From an uncultured cyanobacterium (GTDB lineage: Bacteria; Cyanobacteriota; Cyanobacteriia; Cyanobacteriales; CAWUOF01), in assembly GCA_963744145.1 (NCBI GenBank), contig CAVUSO010000001.1, positions 3,520,001 through 3,584,000 on the forward strand: a stretch of DNA of 64,000 nt, given 5' to 3'. The notes below the pieces were generated by a model, which saw only the letters and a list, made by a program, of their open reading frames with translations, did not search any database and was not told the origin of the DNA. The position numbers were made by a program, and so were the translations under genes. Positions 63,388 to 64,000 of the stretch are shown here, one piece after another. The first letter of the stretch is position 1, and each line of letters begins with the position of its first letter.

Positions 63388-63477
63388 CCCTAGCTTACCC
63401 AATTTTCCCAAAAAATATCAGTCTATTAAAAAAACCTTAAGCAAATTTGATAATTTTTAACAATTTGCCCAAATTCA

Positions 63478-64000
63478 TCAAAATATGTTCATGATTGAAT
63501 TTAATTCGCAGGTAGGAATTATTTCTGCTCCCACATCAGCGATCGCTGATGAATTTTCATTTTCCCCCACAATTCGAGCTTTAATCTGTGGGATTAATGC
63601 TTTCCATTGAATTTGACTTAATTTACCAATTAACGAAATTTCTATTCCTGTTGTAACATCTAGCTCTTCTTCCATTAACAAGTTCATTGCGATACTAGAT
63701 AAAATCAGGTCTGCATCTGCTTCATTAATATTGCTAGTGTCTATTAGTAAAGTCAAGCGATCTTGATCAGGATAGGATGCGATCGCTCTGAACAATGTTT
63801 TTAAATCCAATTCTAGGGACTCTTCTGGTTGACACCAATCAAGAAAAATAATTAAATTGACTTCTCTTAATTTTAAATATAAAAGAGTCGCATTAATCAA
63901 AGCTGACGCAATAGTCTGAGCCATTTTTGCCAAAGAAAACTTTTGTGCTTGAGTCAATCCAGCAACGATTAATAAGTTGCGAATATCCGGTTTTTGTACT
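63478..64000 (-). CDS. 3' end of another GT4 + conserved C-terminal domain paralog (5' outside window)
   Basis: Frame is open to the window edge (VQKPDIRNLLIVAGLTQAQKFS..LKLREVNLIIFLDWCQPE). Confidence 0.8.
   Translation of the reverse strand, partial: VQKPDIRNLLIVAGLTQAQKFSLAKMAQTIASALINATLLYLKLREVNLIIFLDWCQPEESLELDLKTLFRAIASYPDQDRLTLLIDTSNINEADADLILSSIAMNLLMEEELDVTTGIEISLIGKLSQIQWKALIPQIKARIVGENENSSAIADVGAEIIPTCELNSIMNIF

Overview
AT-rich cyanobacterial chromosomal window, judged from dense HIP1 GCGATCGC octamers, PAM68, a HetZ-related gene and a Pilin_GH-type pilin. Bases 1-13.8 kb and 20.2-27.3 kb are mostly housekeeping or signalling genes (dnaJ-like, cutA, gdhA, aroF, rpsO, xth, pyrG, ROK kinase, ABC permease). 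This part also has a foreign-looking secreted beta-propeller plus Tat-DyP peroxidase pair behind a Fur-box-like palindrome. Between rpsO and a DUF58 gene (14.0-20.2 kb) is a defence islet: a heavily decayed pPIWI-RE (Argonaute-related) three-gene operon split by a precisely mappable IS607-family element (frameshifted tnpA, intact tnpB), followed by a Panacea-type toxin-antitoxin pair. From 27.4 kb to the window end is a >36-kb island of about 19 TPR, glycosyltransferase, O-GlcNAc-transferase-like and methyltransferase genes surrounding the major type IV pilin gene. These genes are built from three recurring shared modules and show traces of unequal crossover, domain swapping and reciprocal gene loss. 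No rRNA, tRNA or CRISPR array was found. All family calls come from motif recognition, not database searches.
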